From assembly GCA_031441465.1 (NCBI GenBank), contig JANOEP010000025.1:1-57760 (forward strand): 57,760 bases of DNA, read 5' to 3'. A program made the position numbers and the translations under genes. Within the stretch, counting starts at the first letter, position 1; every line of letters begins with the position of its first letter. The notes beneath the pieces are model-generated. The model had not been told where the DNA came from, ran no database searches, and saw only the letters and a list, made by a program, of their open reading frames with translations. This document shows positions 46,446-57,029 of the stretch, one piece after another. The stretch comes from a bacterium. GTDB taxonomy: Bacteria > Krumholzibacteriota > Krumholzibacteriia > LZORAL124-64-63.

Positions 46446-46523
46446 TACAGGGCAAGTCGGTTTCTCCCATACCCCCCCGACTTGTTTTGAGGCCGATCGG
46501 ACGATAGTCCGATCGGCCGTTTT
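46446..46523 (+). ncRNA. Candidate small RNA (two hairpins, C-rich loop, intrinsic terminator)
   Basis: TTGATC-N17-TAATCT upstream. Stem CAAGTCGG/CCGACTTG with loop TTTCTCCCATACCCCC. 12-bp terminator GGCCGATCGGAC/GTCCGATCGGCC followed by GTTTT. Confidence 0.45.
46491..46523 (+). terminator. Rho-independent terminator
   Basis: Perfect 12-bp stem, GATA loop, then GTTTTAT. Confidence 0.8.
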
Positions 46524-46736
46524 ATGTAACCGCCTGCATATCATGTCGTTAAACAAATATAAGACTTAATCGATAGGGTATTGAGAGCGACAAGTTGAGG
46601 CTTGTCTGATCAGCAGGATCTGTGATAGAATGTCCTTCCCGCGTGATATGCTTCGAGGCACGTTGCACCGCCTTGAGGCGGGGTGGTCCGTTCTGTTCCA
46701 TCATGAGTCCTGGCCTTGCCAGAGAAGGGGTCGAAC

Positions 46737-49700
46737 ATGAGAAAAGTTCTCGTCCTAGCCCTAGCTCTCACCATGCTAGCCGGCGTGTCGGCTGCGGGGA
46801 ACGTCTCCCGCGGTTTCGATCAATACGTCCGCGGCATGCAGGGGAGCGATGAAATCACCGTCCTGGTCGTCCTGCAGGACCAGGTCGACGTGGCTGCCCT
46901 CGACTGGCAGCTGCACAACGCGAAGTCGTCGATGGAGGACCGCCACGCCATCGTCGTCGGCACCCTTCAGGACGTCTCGAAGCGCTCCCAGGGCCGGCTG
47001 CTGGCCGACCTGACCGCGAGCAAGGCTCTCGGCGAGGTCAAGGGCTTCACGTCCCACTGGCTGGTCAACTCGGTCGTCGTCCGCACCACGGTCGCCGGCG
47101 CCCGCGCGCTTGCGCTGCGCGACGACGTCGAGACCGTCGAGCCCAACCTCGAGATCGAGCTGATCGATCCCGCCAGCGGGCCCGAGTCCAAGGGCTTCGA
47201 CAAGGACACCAACGGCATCGGCATCTGCCCGGGTGTGGTCGCCGTCGGCGCCCGCCGCGTGTGGAGCGAGCTGGGCATCAACGGCACCGGCGCCATCGTC
47301 GGCACGCTGGACACCGGCGTGGACGGAAATCACATCTCCCTGGCCTCGCGCTGGCGCGGCAACTACGCCCCGGCCAGCGAGTGCTGGCTGGACGCCGCCA
47401 ACCTCGGCGACCCCTCGTTCCCCGTCGACCGCCACTACCACGGCACCCACACGATGGGCACCATCACCGGTCTGGCCGCCGACGACACCATCGGCGTGGC
47501 CCCCGGCGCGCTGTGGATCGCCACGAACATCATCAACTCGGGCACCGGCGCCGCGTTCGACAACGGCGTGATCGCCTCGTTCGAATTCATGGCCGATCCC
47601 GACGGCAACCCGCTGACCCTGGGCGACGTCCCCGACGTCGTGCAGAACAGCTGGGGCGTCAACGAGAACTTCGCCGGCTACTTCGATTGCGACAGCCGCT
47701 GGTGGGCCGCGATCGACAACTGCGAAGCCGCCGGCGTCGTGGTGACCTGGTCGGCCGGCAACGAGGGCCCCGGCGGCACGTCGCTGCGCAGCCCCGCCGA
47801 CCGCGCCGCCACCCCGTACAACTGCTTCAGCGTCGGTTCGACGATCGATTCCCCGCCCTACACGATCAGCAGCTTCTCGAGCCGCGGGCCGTCGGGCTGC
47901 GGCGGCGCCTACGCCATGAAGCCCGAGATCTGCGCCCCCGGCGACAACGTCTACAGCGCCCAGCCGGGCGGCGGCTACCAGTACCTCGGCGGCACGTCGA
48001 TGGCCGGCCCGCACATCGCCGGCGTCGTCGCCCTGATGCGCTCGGCCAACCCCGGCCTGGACGTCATCACGATCAAGCAGATCCTGATGGACACCGCCAA
48101 CGACCTGGGCGTCGTGGGCGAGGACAACACCTACGGCCACGGCTTCGTCGACGCGTACGACGCCGTGCTCGCAGTCATGCAGGGCTACGGCACGGCCGCC
48201 GGCGTCGTGACCAACAGCATCACCGGCGATCCCGTCGCCGGCGCGCTGGTCGAGGTCGTCGGCACCCCGCGCGCGGCCAACACCAACGCCCTGGGCTTCT
48301 ACTCCATGATGATGGAGCAGGGCGGCTACACGTTCGACTACTCGGCCTTCGGCTACCTGCCCGGCTCGCAGCCGGTGACGGTCGTCGAGGACGTCACGAC
48401 CACGGCCGACATGGCCCTGACGCCCGCCCCGTCGGCCATGATCTACGGTTACGTGTACGACGACGGCGCGGCGCCGGTCAGCGGCGCGACGGTCAGAGCC
48501 CTGGGCACCCCGGTGACCCCGGCCACGACCGACGGCACCGGCTACTACACGCTGACCCTGCCCGTCGGGTCGACCTACAACGTGCTGGCCCAGGCCTACG
48601 GCATGGGCAGCCAGCAGGTCGCGATCGCCCTCTCGGCGGACGTGCAGCAGGACTTCACGCTGCCCGCCCTGATCTTCGAGAACTTCGAGAGCGGCAACCT
48701 GACGGTGTTCCCGTGGGAGACCTCGGGCGTCGCCGACTGGTTCGTGACCACGACCGACGCCTACGAGGGCACGCACAGCGTGCGCAGCGGCGTCATCACG
48801 CACAACGAAGCGTCGGTGCTGTCGGTCACGCTGGACGTGCTCGCGGCCGGCAACATCGACTTCTATTACAAGGTGTCCTCCGAAGCCAACTACGACTACC
48901 TGCACTTCGCCATCGACGGCGCCGAGCAGGGCTCGTGGTCGGGCGCCGTGCCCTGGACGCTGGCGTCCTACGCGGTGTCGGCCGGCTCCCACACCTTCAC
49001 CTGGACCTACGACAAGGACGGCTCGGTCAACACGGGCAGCGACTGCGCGTTCGTCGACTTCGTCGTCTTCCCGACGATCACGCCCCCGGCCTACCCGTCG
49101 GTGGCTTGGTCGCCCGCCAGCCTGACCCAGGCCCTGCCCCCGCTGGGCACCGCCCAGCAGTTCATCACCCTGGACAACAACGGCGACGGTGAGTTGGCGT
49201 GGTCCGCGGTGGCGACCATGGACCTGCCGGGCACCGACGTGTCCATCCAGCCCGAGGCCATCGATCTGCCCAAGGACGCCGTCGACACCCGTCAGGGTTC
49301 GTCGCCGGTGCTGGGCTCCGGCGGCCCCGACGGCTTCGGCTACACCTGGATCGACAGCGACGCCTTCGGCGGCCCTGTCTACAACTGGGTGGAGATCAAC
49401 GGCATCGGCACGTCCATCGTCGACGGCGACGATCTCAATTCCGGGCCGCTGAACCTGGGCTTCAGCTTCAGCTTCTACGGCACCGACTACACGGCCATCC
49501 GTGTCTGTTCGAACGGCTGGCTGTCGCCCACTTCGACGGTGACGACGTACACCAACGCCGCCATCCCGAACGTGGCCGAACCCAACAACATGATCGCCCC
49601 GTTCTGGGACGACCTGAACCCCGGCGCCGGCGGCTCGGTGTACTACTACGCCGACGTCGCCAACCAGCGGTTCATCGTGGAGTGGGACGCGGTCTACCGC

Positions 49701-50426
49701 TACGGCACTACAACGCCCGAGACCTTCCAGGCCATCCTCAACGCCGACGGCTCGATCGTTTACCAGTACAAGACGATGAACGGGTCGCTCAACTTGTCGA
49801 CCATCGGCATCGAGAATGCCGCGGGCTCCGACGGTCTGCAGACCGTGTTCAACGCCGCGTACGTCCACAACAACCTGGCGGTGCTGTACAGCTTCGTGCC
49901 GCCGCCGCTGCCCTGGCTGACGATCGCGCCCGCCAGCGGCACGCTGCCCGGCCACACCGCCGGCGGCCAGATCACGGTCAACTTCGACGCGACCGACCTG
50001 GTCGAGGGCGTCTACACCGGCAACGTGGTGATCGGCACCAACGATCCGGATCATCCCCAGATCATCGTGCCGGTGACCCTGACGGTCTCCAACACCGTGG
50101 GCATCGGGGATCCGGATGACGACCAGCCCGACGCGAACGCGACGCCGCGTGTCACGCAGCTGTTCCAGAACTCGCCGAACCCCTTCAACCCGGCCACGGT
50201 GATCAGCTTCGACCTGTCGCGCCCGTCGGCGGTCTCCCTGGAGATCTACGACCTGCGCGGCCTGATGGTGCGTCGTCTGGTGCAGGGCAACCTGTCCGCC
50301 CGCCACCACACGGTCACCTGGGACGGACGCAACGAGACCGGGCAGCAAGTGCCGAGCGGCACCTACCTGTACCGGTTGCGCTCGAACGAGTCGACCTACT
50401 CGAAGAGCATGTTGCTGCTGAAGTAG
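46737..50426 (+). CDS. Large secreted modular S8 peptidase with carboxypeptidase-regulatory-like, beta-sandwich and FlgD/T9SS-like C-terminal domains
   Basis: Signal peptide and prodomain. Triad LDTGVD, HGTHTMG, GTSMAGPH, plus SAGNEG. Two G.V.D....PV.GA.V repeats. C-terminus QNSPNPFNP...IYDLRG..VR...WDGRN..G..VPSG.Y.YRL...KSMLLLK. Confidence 0.9.
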   Translation: MRKVLVLALALTMLAGVSAAGNVSRGFDQYVRGMQGSDEITVLVVLQDQVDVAALDWQLHNAKSSMEDRHAIVVGTLQDVSKRSQGRLLADLTASKALGEVKGFTSHWLVNSVVVRTTVAGARALALRDDVETVEPNLEIELIDPASGPESKGFDKDTNGIGICPGVVAVGARRVWSELGINGTGAIVGTLDTGVDGNHISLASRWRGNYAPASECWLDAANLGDPSFPVDRHYHGTHTMGTITGLAADDTIGVAPGALWIATNIINSGTGAAFDNGVIASFEFMADPDGNPLTLGDVPDVVQNSWGVNENFAGYFDCDSRWWAAIDNCEAAGVVVTWSAGNEGPGGTSLRSPADRAATPYNCFSVGSTIDSPPYTISSFSSRGPSGCGGAYAMKPEICAPGDNVYSAQPGGGYQYLGGTSMAGPHIAGVVALMRSANPGLDVITIKQILMDTANDLGVVGEDNTYGHGFVDAYDAVLAVMQGYGTAAGVVTNSITGDPVAGALVEVVGTPRAANTNALGFYSMMMEQGGYTFDYSAFGYLPGSQPVTVVEDVTTTADMALTPAPSAMIYGYVYDDGAAPVSGATVRALGTPVTPATTDGTGYYTLTLPVGSTYNVLAQAYGMGSQQVAIALSADVQQDFTLPALIFENFESGNLTVFPWETSGVADWFVTTTDAYEGTHSVRSGVITHNEASVLSVTLDVLAAGNIDFYYKVSSEANYDYLHFAIDGAEQGSWSGAVPWTLASYAVSAGSHTFTWTYDKDGSVNTGSDCAFVDFVVFPTITPPAYPSVAWSPASLTQALPPLGTAQQFITLDNNGDGELAWSAVATMDLPGTDVSIQPEAIDLPKDAVDTRQGSSPVLGSGGPDGFGYTWIDSDAFGGPVYNWVEINGIGTSIVDGDDLNSGPLNLGFSFSFYGTDYTAIRVCSNGWLSPTSTVTTYTNAAIPNVAEPNNMIAPFWDDLNPGAGGSVYYYADVANQRFIVEWDAVYRYGTTTPETFQAILNADGSIVYQYKTMNGSLNLSTIGIENAAGSDGLQTVFNAAYVHNNLAVLYSFVPPPLPWLTIAPASGTLPGHTAGGQITVNFDATDLVEGVYTGNVVIGTNDPDHPQIIVPVTLTVSNTVGIGDPDDDQPDANATPRVTQLFQNSPNPFNPATVISFDLSRPSAVSLEIYDLRGLMVRRLVQGNLSARHHTVTWDGRNETGQQVPSGTYLYRLRSNESTYSKSMLLLK

Positions 50427-50465
50427 CATGGAACAGCTCGTCAAGTGACGATGCGGTTCTCCAGG

Positions 50466-50497
50466 GGCCCCGGCCGGCAACGGCCGGGGCCTTCTTT
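50466..50497 (+). terminator. Rho-independent terminator
   Basis: GGCCCCGGCCG-GCAA-CGGCCGGGGCC followed by TTCTTT. Confidence 0.8.
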
Positions 50498-50528
50498 CCG
50501 TCGATCTTCCTGGTTCACAAGGAGAAGC

Positions 50529-51062
50529 ATGTCACGTCGCGCAAGGGCACTGCCGCCGCTGATCAGGTACGCGAGCTTCACGGGAACGCCCCAGCAGGCG
50601 TTCCTGCGCTTCACCGCCGGCCTCGGCGACTGGTGGCCGCTGCGTTCCCACTCCGTGGGCGGCCGGGACGCCCTCTCGGTCGTGATGGAGGCGCGCGCCG
50701 GCGGCCGCATCGTCGAGTCGGTGCGCGACGGCCGCGAGCATGTCTGGGGCACGGTGCAGAGATGGGAACCGCCCCACCGCGTCTCCTTCACCTGGCACCC
50801 GGGACGCGACGCCGCCACCGCCCAGGACATCGACGTGCGTTTCGCGGTGTGTGGCTTCGCGACGCAGGCGACCCTCACGCACCGCGGTTTCGAGAAGCTG
50901 GGGCCGTCGGCGGGCAGGACCCGCCGGGGCTACGCCCTGGGCTGGCAGCACGTGCTGGGGCTCTACACGGGGAGGCGCGACGTGTTCATGGCGGTCATGG
51001 GCGCCGTGACGGCCGTGGCTTTGCGGTTCTGTGAAGCGCGGCGACAGGGCGACCAGCCATGA
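50529..51062 (+). CDS. SRPBCC/AHSA1 (START-like) domain protein
   Basis: AGGAG RBS. Motifs AFLRFT...WWP..HS, WGTVQRWEPPHRVSFTWHPG, TLTHRGFE and GW. Confidence 0.82.
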   Translation: MSRRARALPPLIRYASFTGTPQQAFLRFTAGLGDWWPLRSHSVGGRDALSVVMEARAGGRIVESVRDGREHVWGTVQRWEPPHRVSFTWHPGRDAATAQDIDVRFAVCGFATQATLTHRGFEKLGPSAGRTRRGYALGWQHVLGLYTGRRDVFMAVMGAVTAVALRFCEARRQGDQP

Positions 51063-51252
51063 GAGGCGTGGTCCCGCCTCACCACCGCCCAGCCGGAACC
51101 AGCCATTGATCATCAAACAAGATAAGACAAGATTTTTGCCGGTATTCGGGCATCGCCGGCTCCGACGTTGTTATGTGTCAAGTCCTCCCTACCGCAACCG
51201 AATGTACTTCCGAGAATGTTGATCCGACTCCTCGTTCGCCGAAAGGCCGTGG

Positions 51253-51843
51253 ATGTCCCGTGATCGCCGGCAGCAGTCCTCGCCCGGCTGCAGACGCTCC
51301 TTCCGGACGGCGATCCTGATCGCCGCCCTGACGCTGCCCGTCTGCCACGGCGCCGCCCCGGCGGCCGGCGCCGACGCGTCGACGACCGCGCAGGTCCAAC
51401 TGCCCCTGGTCAAGGCCGCGATCATCTACAACATCTGCAAGTTCGTCGAATGGCCGCCGGTCGAGGTCGAGGCCGCGGAATTCGTGATCGGCGTGTACGG
51501 CCGCCAGGACGACGGCCCGGACTTCGCCGTACTAGCAGGCAAGCAGCTCCACGCGCGGGCCGTCCGCGTGGTTGTCGTCACCGACACCGCGGGACTGGCT
51601 GCGTGCCATGCGGCGTACGTCGGCGACCCCCTGCTCGCGGCCGAGGCCGGGCCGTTCCTCGACAGAAAACCGATCCTGACGTTCAGCGAGGGGCGACCGG
51701 GACGCGCCGCCGGGGGAATGATCGAACTCGTCGACGACAGCGACCGTGTGCGTTTCGACGTGCACAAGACGGCGGCGGATCGCGCGGGACTGCGGCTCAG
51801 TTCCCAGCTGCTCAAGCTCGCGCGCAGCGTGACGGACGACTGA
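51253..51843 (+). CDS. YfiR/HmsC-family periplasmic protein
   Basis: Signal peptide. Motifs [32 protein letters not shown] and [12 protein letters not shown]. Confidence 0.88.
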   Translation: MSRDRRQQSSPGCRRSFRTAILIAALTLPVCHGAAPAAGADASTTAQVQLPLVKAAIIYNICKFVEWPPVEVEAAEFVIGVYGRQDDGPDFAVLAGKQLHARAVRVVVVTDTAGLAACHAAYVGDPLLAAEAGPFLDRKPILTFSEGRPGRAAGGMIELVDDSDRVRFDVHKTAADRAGLRLSSQLLKLARSVTDD

Positions 51844-51902
51844 TCGACGAAGGTCCCGGATCCGGACGGAGGAAGACGGACCGGGACCGTGCAGATAGAA
51901 GG

Positions 51903-54692
51903 ATGTGGACGATGAACATGCTGCTGCGCAAGGCGAACCTGGACACGCGACTGCGCGTCATCATCGCGGCCACGGGCGTGGTGACGATGGTGCTCATGGT
52001 CGCGACCATCATCTGCTACGACGTGATCACGTCGCGTGCGGCGCTGCGCCACGAACTCGTGATGCTGGCCGAAGTGGTAGGCGCCAACTGCGCTTCTCCG
52101 ATCATGTTCGACGATCCGGCCTTCGCCGCCCAGACCCTGGCGAGCCTCGGCGCCGCGCACCACATCCGCCGTGCGGCGCTCTACGGGAACGGCGACGAGG
52201 TCCTCGCGACCTACGCCGACTCCACCCACGTCGCGTCTGCGGACGGCGGCGCCCGTGCCGGCACGATGTCGCTCGAAGCGCCCGTCTACTGGGAAGGCGA
52301 GCGGATCGGACGCATCTGGATTGAGACGAGCCTGGACGGCGTCCGCACGCGGAGCCTGAACCTGATCGCCCTGCTCGCGATCGTGACCGTGGTCATCTCC
52401 GGTCTGCTCATCGTCGTCGCGGACCGGTTGCAGCGAACCGTGTCGGGGCCGATCCTGCACCTGGCGGGAACCGCCGACAGGATCTCCCGGGACCGCGACT
52501 ACACGCTGCGCGTGCCCGAGCAGAGTGGCGGCGAGATCGGCCGGCTGGTGACGGCGTTCAACGGGATGTTGGCGCAGGTCCAGACCCGGGACGAGGCGCT
52601 ACAGGAGGCGCGGGAGAACCTGGAACTCCGGGTCGAGGAGCGCACGCGCGAGCTGACCTTGGCCAAGGAGCGCGCCGAGGACGCGGTCCGCGCCAAGTCG
52701 GAGTTCCTGGCGAACATGAGCCACGAGATCCGCACGCCGATGAACGGCGTGCTTGGCATGACGGAACTCCTGCTCGGCACCACCCTGGACGTCCGGCAGC
52801 GCCGCTTCGCCGAGACCATCCACGGGTCGGGCGAGGACCTGCTGACGATCATCAACAACATCCTGGACTTCTCGAAGATCGGGGCCGGCAAGCTGGAGTT
52901 GGAGCTGCTCGAGTTCAACCTGCGCGCGTCGGTGGAGGACGTGGTGTCCCTGCTCGCGGGGAACGCGCAGTCGAAGCACCTCGAGCTGGCGTGCTACGTG
53001 TCGAAGGACGTGCCCGACCTGGTCAGGGGCGACCCTGTGCGCCTGCGGCAGATCGTCACCAACCTGATCGGCAACGCCATCAAGTTCACCGAACGCGGCG
53101 AGATCGCCGTGCGGGTCGACGTCACCGGCGGCGACGACGAACGCCTGTCCCTGCGCTGCGAGGTGCAGGACACCGGCATCGGCCTGGAGCCGGGGGCGCA
53201 GGAGCGCATCTTCAAGTCCTTCCAGCAGGCGGACGGGTCGACGACCCGCCGCTACGGCGGTACGGGCCTCGGGCTGGCGATCTCCCGCCAGCTGGTCGAG
53301 CTGATGGACGGCGAGATCGGCGTCGACAGTCGGCTCGGACTCGGGTCGCGGTTCTGGTTCACGGTCGCGCTCGGCCGGGTCGCCGGCGCCGCGACGGCGG
53401 ACCCGGACTCCCTCATAGCCGGCCGCCGCGTGCTGGTGGTCGACAACAGCCCGGCGAACCGCGCCGTCCTGCGTCACCACCTCGCTGACTGGGGCATCGC
53501 CTGCGAGGAGGCCGGCAGCGCCGAGGAGACGTGGCGGCTGATCGGCGACAGCGCGGACGCGGGCGGACGGTTCGACCTGGCGATCCTCGACTACAACATG
53601 CCGGTCACCAACGGCATCGAGCTGGCCGCCACGATCCGCAACGACCAGCGCCTGCGCGAGCTGCCGCTCATCCTGCTGACCTCGGTCGCGCACGAGTCCC
53701 GGTCGTCCCAGATCCACGAGCAGGGTTTCGCCTACCAGCTCAGCAAGCCGCTGCGGCGGCAGCATCTGCGGGAGGCGATCCTCGGCGTCTTGCGCGCCGG
53801 TGCGGCTCCGGCCGCGGCCGAAGCGCCCGCGGCGCCCAGCCAGGAACCGCTGCCCCAGTACCCGGACCTGCGCGTGCTCGTCGCCGAAGACAACCCAGTC
53901 AACCAGGAAGTCGTGCGCGAAATGCTGGACCTCTGGGGCTGCCAGACGACCCTCGTCTCCAACGGCGGCCAGGCGGTCGAGCTCTGGTCGAGCAGCGCCT
54001 TCGATCTCATCCTCATGGACTGCCACATGCCGGTCGTCGACGGCTTTGCGGCGACGCGCTGGATCCGTGACCGGGAACAGCTGGCGGGCAAGGGGCGCCA
54101 CGTCCGCATCGTCGCTCTGACCGCCAACGTGCTCCAGCGCGATCGCCAGGAATGTCTGCTCGCCGGCATGGACGGCTTCCTGAGCAAACCATTCACCCAG
54201 AACGAGTTGCGCAGAGTCATCGAAAGCGCACGGCCCGACGGGACCGGCGGTGTCCCCGCAGACGGGACCTTCGAGGCTGGTTCGGAGAACCGCGCCGATC
54301 CTGGAGCGGCGGCGGCAGGCCCGGTCCTGGACGAGCACGATCTGGCGAACCTGATGGAGGAGCACCGCTCCGGGCAGCCGACCCTGCTGCAGAAACTGAC
54401 CCCGCTCTTCGTGACGGGAGGCGCCGAGCGCTTGGCCGCGCTGCAGGCCGCCGCCGCGGCGGGCGACGCCGCAACCCTGGGCCTGGCCGCGCACGCGTTC
54501 AAGTCCGAGTGCGCCAACCTGGGCGCTCGGCGATTGGCGGCGCTTTTGCAGAGCCTCGAACAGATGGGGAAGACCGGCGGCCTGGACGGCGCCGACGCGC
54601 TCGTCACGCAGGTGGTGGCGGGCTACCACGAGGCCTGCGCCGAGCTGTTGCGGATCCGGGCCGAACAGGAACTACTCGTCCCGACAAGCTGA
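51903..54692 (+). CDS. Membrane hybrid histidine kinase (periplasmic sensor, HAMP, HisKA, HATPase, 2xREC, HPt)
   Basis: Two TMs and HAMP ([13 protein letters not shown]). Motifs [28 protein letters not shown] and [12 protein letters not shown] motifs LDYNMP and MDCHMP. HPt AHAFKS. Confidence 0.92.
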   Translation: MWTMNMLLRKANLDTRLRVIIAATGVVTMVLMVATIICYDVITSRAALRHELVMLAEVVGANCASPIMFDDPAFAAQTLASLGAAHHIRRAALYGNGDEVLATYADSTHVASADGGARAGTMSLEAPVYWEGERIGRIWIETSLDGVRTRSLNLIALLAIVTVVISGLLIVVADRLQRTVSGPILHLAGTADRISRDRDYTLRVPEQSGGEIGRLVTAFNGMLAQVQTRDEALQEARENLELRVEERTRELTLAKERAEDAVRAKSEFLANMSHEIRTPMNGVLGMTELLLGTTLDVRQRRFAETIHGSGEDLLTIINNILDFSKIGAGKLELELLEFNLRASVEDVVSLLAGNAQSKHLELACYVSKDVPDLVRGDPVRLRQIVTNLIGNAIKFTERGEIAVRVDVTGGDDERLSLRCEVQDTGIGLEPGAQERIFKSFQQADGSTTRRYGGTGLGLAISRQLVELMDGEIGVDSRLGLGSRFWFTVALGRVAGAATADPDSLIAGRRVLVVDNSPANRAVLRHHLADWGIACEEAGSAEETWRLIGDSADAGGRFDLAILDYNMPVTNGIELAATIRNDQRLRELPLILLTSVAHESRSSQIHEQGFAYQLSKPLRRQHLREAILGVLRAGAAPAAAEAPAAPSQEPLPQYPDLRVLVAEDNPVNQEVVREMLDLWGCQTTLVSNGGQAVELWSSSAFDLILMDCHMPVVDGFAATRWIRDREQLAGKGRHVRIVALTANVLQRDRQECLLAGMDGFLSKPFTQNELRRVIESARPDGTGGVPADGTFEAGSENRADPGAAAAGPVLDEHDLANLMEEHRSGQPTLLQKLTPLFVTGGAERLAALQAAAAAGDAATLGLAAHAFKSECANLGARRLAALLQSLEQMGKTGGLDGADALVTQVVAGYHEACAELLRIRAEQELLVPTS

Positions 54693-54714
54693 GCGAGCCA
54701 CGACAGGAGACTGC

Positions 54715-56796
54715 ATGTTCAAGCACGTTACGGATGCCACGGGCCGGGAGGCGATGCCGCGGACGCGGCGCAGTGTCCGGCGACCGGTCCGGACGCTTCT
54801 CGGGAGCGGGCTGCTCGCGGCCGTCTTCGCCGCCTCGACGGCGTGGGCCGGGACGGAACCGGCCGTGTCCGACCTGACGGAGATGAGCCTCGAGCAACTG
54901 ATGGACATCCGCGTGTACGCGGCAGCCCGGCGGGAACAGAAAGCCTCCGAAGTCGCTTCGTCGGTGACGATCATCACGGCCCAGGAGATCCGGGACTACG
55001 GCTGGAGGACGCTGGCGGACGTGCTGAACACCGTGCCGGGACTGTACGCGACCTACGACCGCTCCTACCACTTCATCGGCGTGCGCGGGTTCAGCCGCAG
55101 CGGGGATTACAATTCGCGCATCCTGGTCCTGCTCAACGGCACGCGGGTGAACGAGCCGATCTACGACAACGGCGGCGTGGGCAACGACGGCATCGTGAAC
55201 ATGGATGCGGTGGAACGCGTGGAGGTGGTGCGCGGGTCGGCGACGAGCTTCTACGGCAACAACGCGCTGCTCGCCGTCGTGAACATCATCACCGGGGGCG
55301 GCAACGACGCCGAGGGCGGGAAGGCCGCCGTGGAATACGGCAGCTTCGCCTCGCGGCGGGGGTCCGTCTCGTTCGGGCGACGGCGGCCGTCGGGCCCGGA
55401 CATCCAGGTACACGCGTCCCGCTTCGATAGCCGCGGGCGGGACATCTACTTCCCCGAGTTCGACACACCGGAAACCAACCACGGGATCGCCGAGGACATG
55501 GACCGGGAACATCACGAGGAATTCCTGGCCAGCCTCACCTGGGGCGACTTGGCGTGCCAGTTCGCCTGGGTGGACCGCGTCAAGCACGCCCCGGCCGCCG
55601 CCTACGGCGCCCACTTCAACGGCTATGGGTCCCGGGACGTGGACGCGCGGGCGCTGGGCAGCCTGTCGTACGGCCTGGACGTCGCCCACGGCGTCAATCT
55701 CCAGGCGACGCTGTCGCGCGGTTACTATGCCTACGACGGCTATTTCGTCATGGACGTGTCGGAGGCGCAGGACGGCAGCGAACTGAGCCTGAACCAGGAC
55801 CGCGCACGGGCGGCCTGGTGGGGCGCCGACCTCAAGGCGGCCTCGACCCTGCTGCCGCGCAACCGGATCACGGCAGGGTTCGAGTACCGCGACAACTACC
55901 GGCTGGAACAGCGCAATTTCGACGTCGGGGCCGCGGGCGCCAACTTCGAGTACGGGCGGGGAGCGTCCGCCATGGGGCTCTACTTCGAGGACGAAGTCGA
56001 GCTGGCGGGCTGGGCGCACCTGCTGGCCGGCCTGCGCTACGACCTGATCGGCATCTCGGACGACGAGCAGCTCAGCCCGCGCACCGCCCTGCTCCTGGCG
56101 TACGGGAACGGGGGCACTCTCAAGCTGCTCTACGGCGAAGCGTTCCGCTCCCCGAATCCCTTCGAACTGTACTACAACGACGGCAACTACTCGTCCAAGG
56201 CCAACCCGGCCCTCGACCAGGAGACCATCCGCACCTACGAGGTCGTCGTCGACCAGCGGCTGAACGAGTGGATGTACGGATCGGCGGCCGTGTTCTCGTA
56301 CACGATCGAGGACCTGATCAGCCAGATGGTGGACCCCGGGGACGGCCTCCTCCAGTACCACAATATGGGCCGGGCCGAGGCCGACGGCGCTGAGTTCAGT
56401 CTCCGCTGCCAATTCGCCGGCAACGTCGCGGGAGCCGCGAGCTACAGCTATACCGACGCCCGCGACAACCGAACGGGCGCATGGCTGAACAACTCGCCCC
56501 GCCGGCTGGGCCGGGTGCGCCTGATGGGTCCGCTCGTCGGGCCGAAGTTGCGGGCGGGAGTCGAGTTGCAGTACGAGGGTGAACGCAGGACGCTCGGCGG
56601 GAACACCACGGACGCTCCCGTGATCGCGAACGCGAACGTGATCTGGTCGGATATCTTCGGGAAATTCGAGCTGTCGCTGACGGTGTACAACGCACTGGAC
56701 CGGGTCTACGGCTATCCCGGCGGGGAAGAGCACGTCCAGGACGAGCTCCCCGCCGACCGCAGGAGCTTCCGCGTGAGAGCCGACTACCGCTTCTGA
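54715..56796 (+). CDS. TonB-dependent receptor (YfiR-associated type)
   Basis: Motif DLTEMSLEQLMDI. Plug motifs VTIITAQEI...VPG, VRGF, RILVLLNG and ERVEVVRG..YGNNA...VNIIT. Barrel with LSPR and AFRSP, C-terminal YRF. Confidence 0.9.
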   Translation: MFKHVTDATGREAMPRTRRSVRRPVRTLLGSGLLAAVFAASTAWAGTEPAVSDLTEMSLEQLMDIRVYAAARREQKASEVASSVTIITAQEIRDYGWRTLADVLNTVPGLYATYDRSYHFIGVRGFSRSGDYNSRILVLLNGTRVNEPIYDNGGVGNDGIVNMDAVERVEVVRGSATSFYGNNALLAVVNIITGGGNDAEGGKAAVEYGSFASRRGSVSFGRRRPSGPDIQVHASRFDSRGRDIYFPEFDTPETNHGIAEDMDREHHEEFLASLTWGDLACQFAWVDRVKHAPAAAYGAHFNGYGSRDVDARALGSLSYGLDVAHGVNLQATLSRGYYAYDGYFVMDVSEAQDGSELSLNQDRARAAWWGADLKAASTLLPRNRITAGFEYRDNYRLEQRNFDVGAAGANFEYGRGASAMGLYFEDEVELAGWAHLLAGLRYDLIGISDDEQLSPRTALLLAYGNGGTLKLLYGEAFRSPNPFELYYNDGNYSSKANPALDQETIRTYEVVVDQRLNEWMYGSAAVFSYTIEDLISQMVDPGDGLLQYHNMGRAEADGAEFSLRCQFAGNVAGAASYSYTDARDNRTGAWLNNSPRRLGRVRLMGPLVGPKLRAGVELQYEGERRTLGGNTTDAPVIANANVIWSDIFGKFELSLTVYNALDRVYGYPGGEEHVQDELPADRRSFRVRADYRF

Positions 56797-57029
56797 TCCC
56801 GGGGAACGTCGTATCCGAAAACCCCCTTCCCCGATGATCGATCGTCGCGTCCGTCCCTGATGTCAGGGATGCACGGCACGATCCATCATGTCGGAGGGAA
56901 CGACGCTGGGAGGCGGCCCCGACGACGCGATCGAGCTGACGAATCATTGACAACCTCCTCGTCATATGCGCGACGGCGGTCCCCCGCGGGATCCGCCGTC
57001 TTCGTTCCGCGCGCACGTTGTGTTCCGGG

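Noticed and set aside
46447..46486. c-di-GMP-I (GEMM) riboswitch suggested by ACAGGGCAA
   Set aside because: Lacks the GAAA-tetraloop stem and the GACGCAAAG junction. It folds better as a simple C-rich-loop hairpin.
46650..46680. Minus-strand TCAA-N15-CTCGAAGC sharing the 13-mer CCGCCTTGAGGCG with 8568-8580
   Set aside because: The -10 box is poor and no credible gene lies downstream on that strand (only a 23-aa non-hydrophobic ORF), so it is not counted in the regulon.
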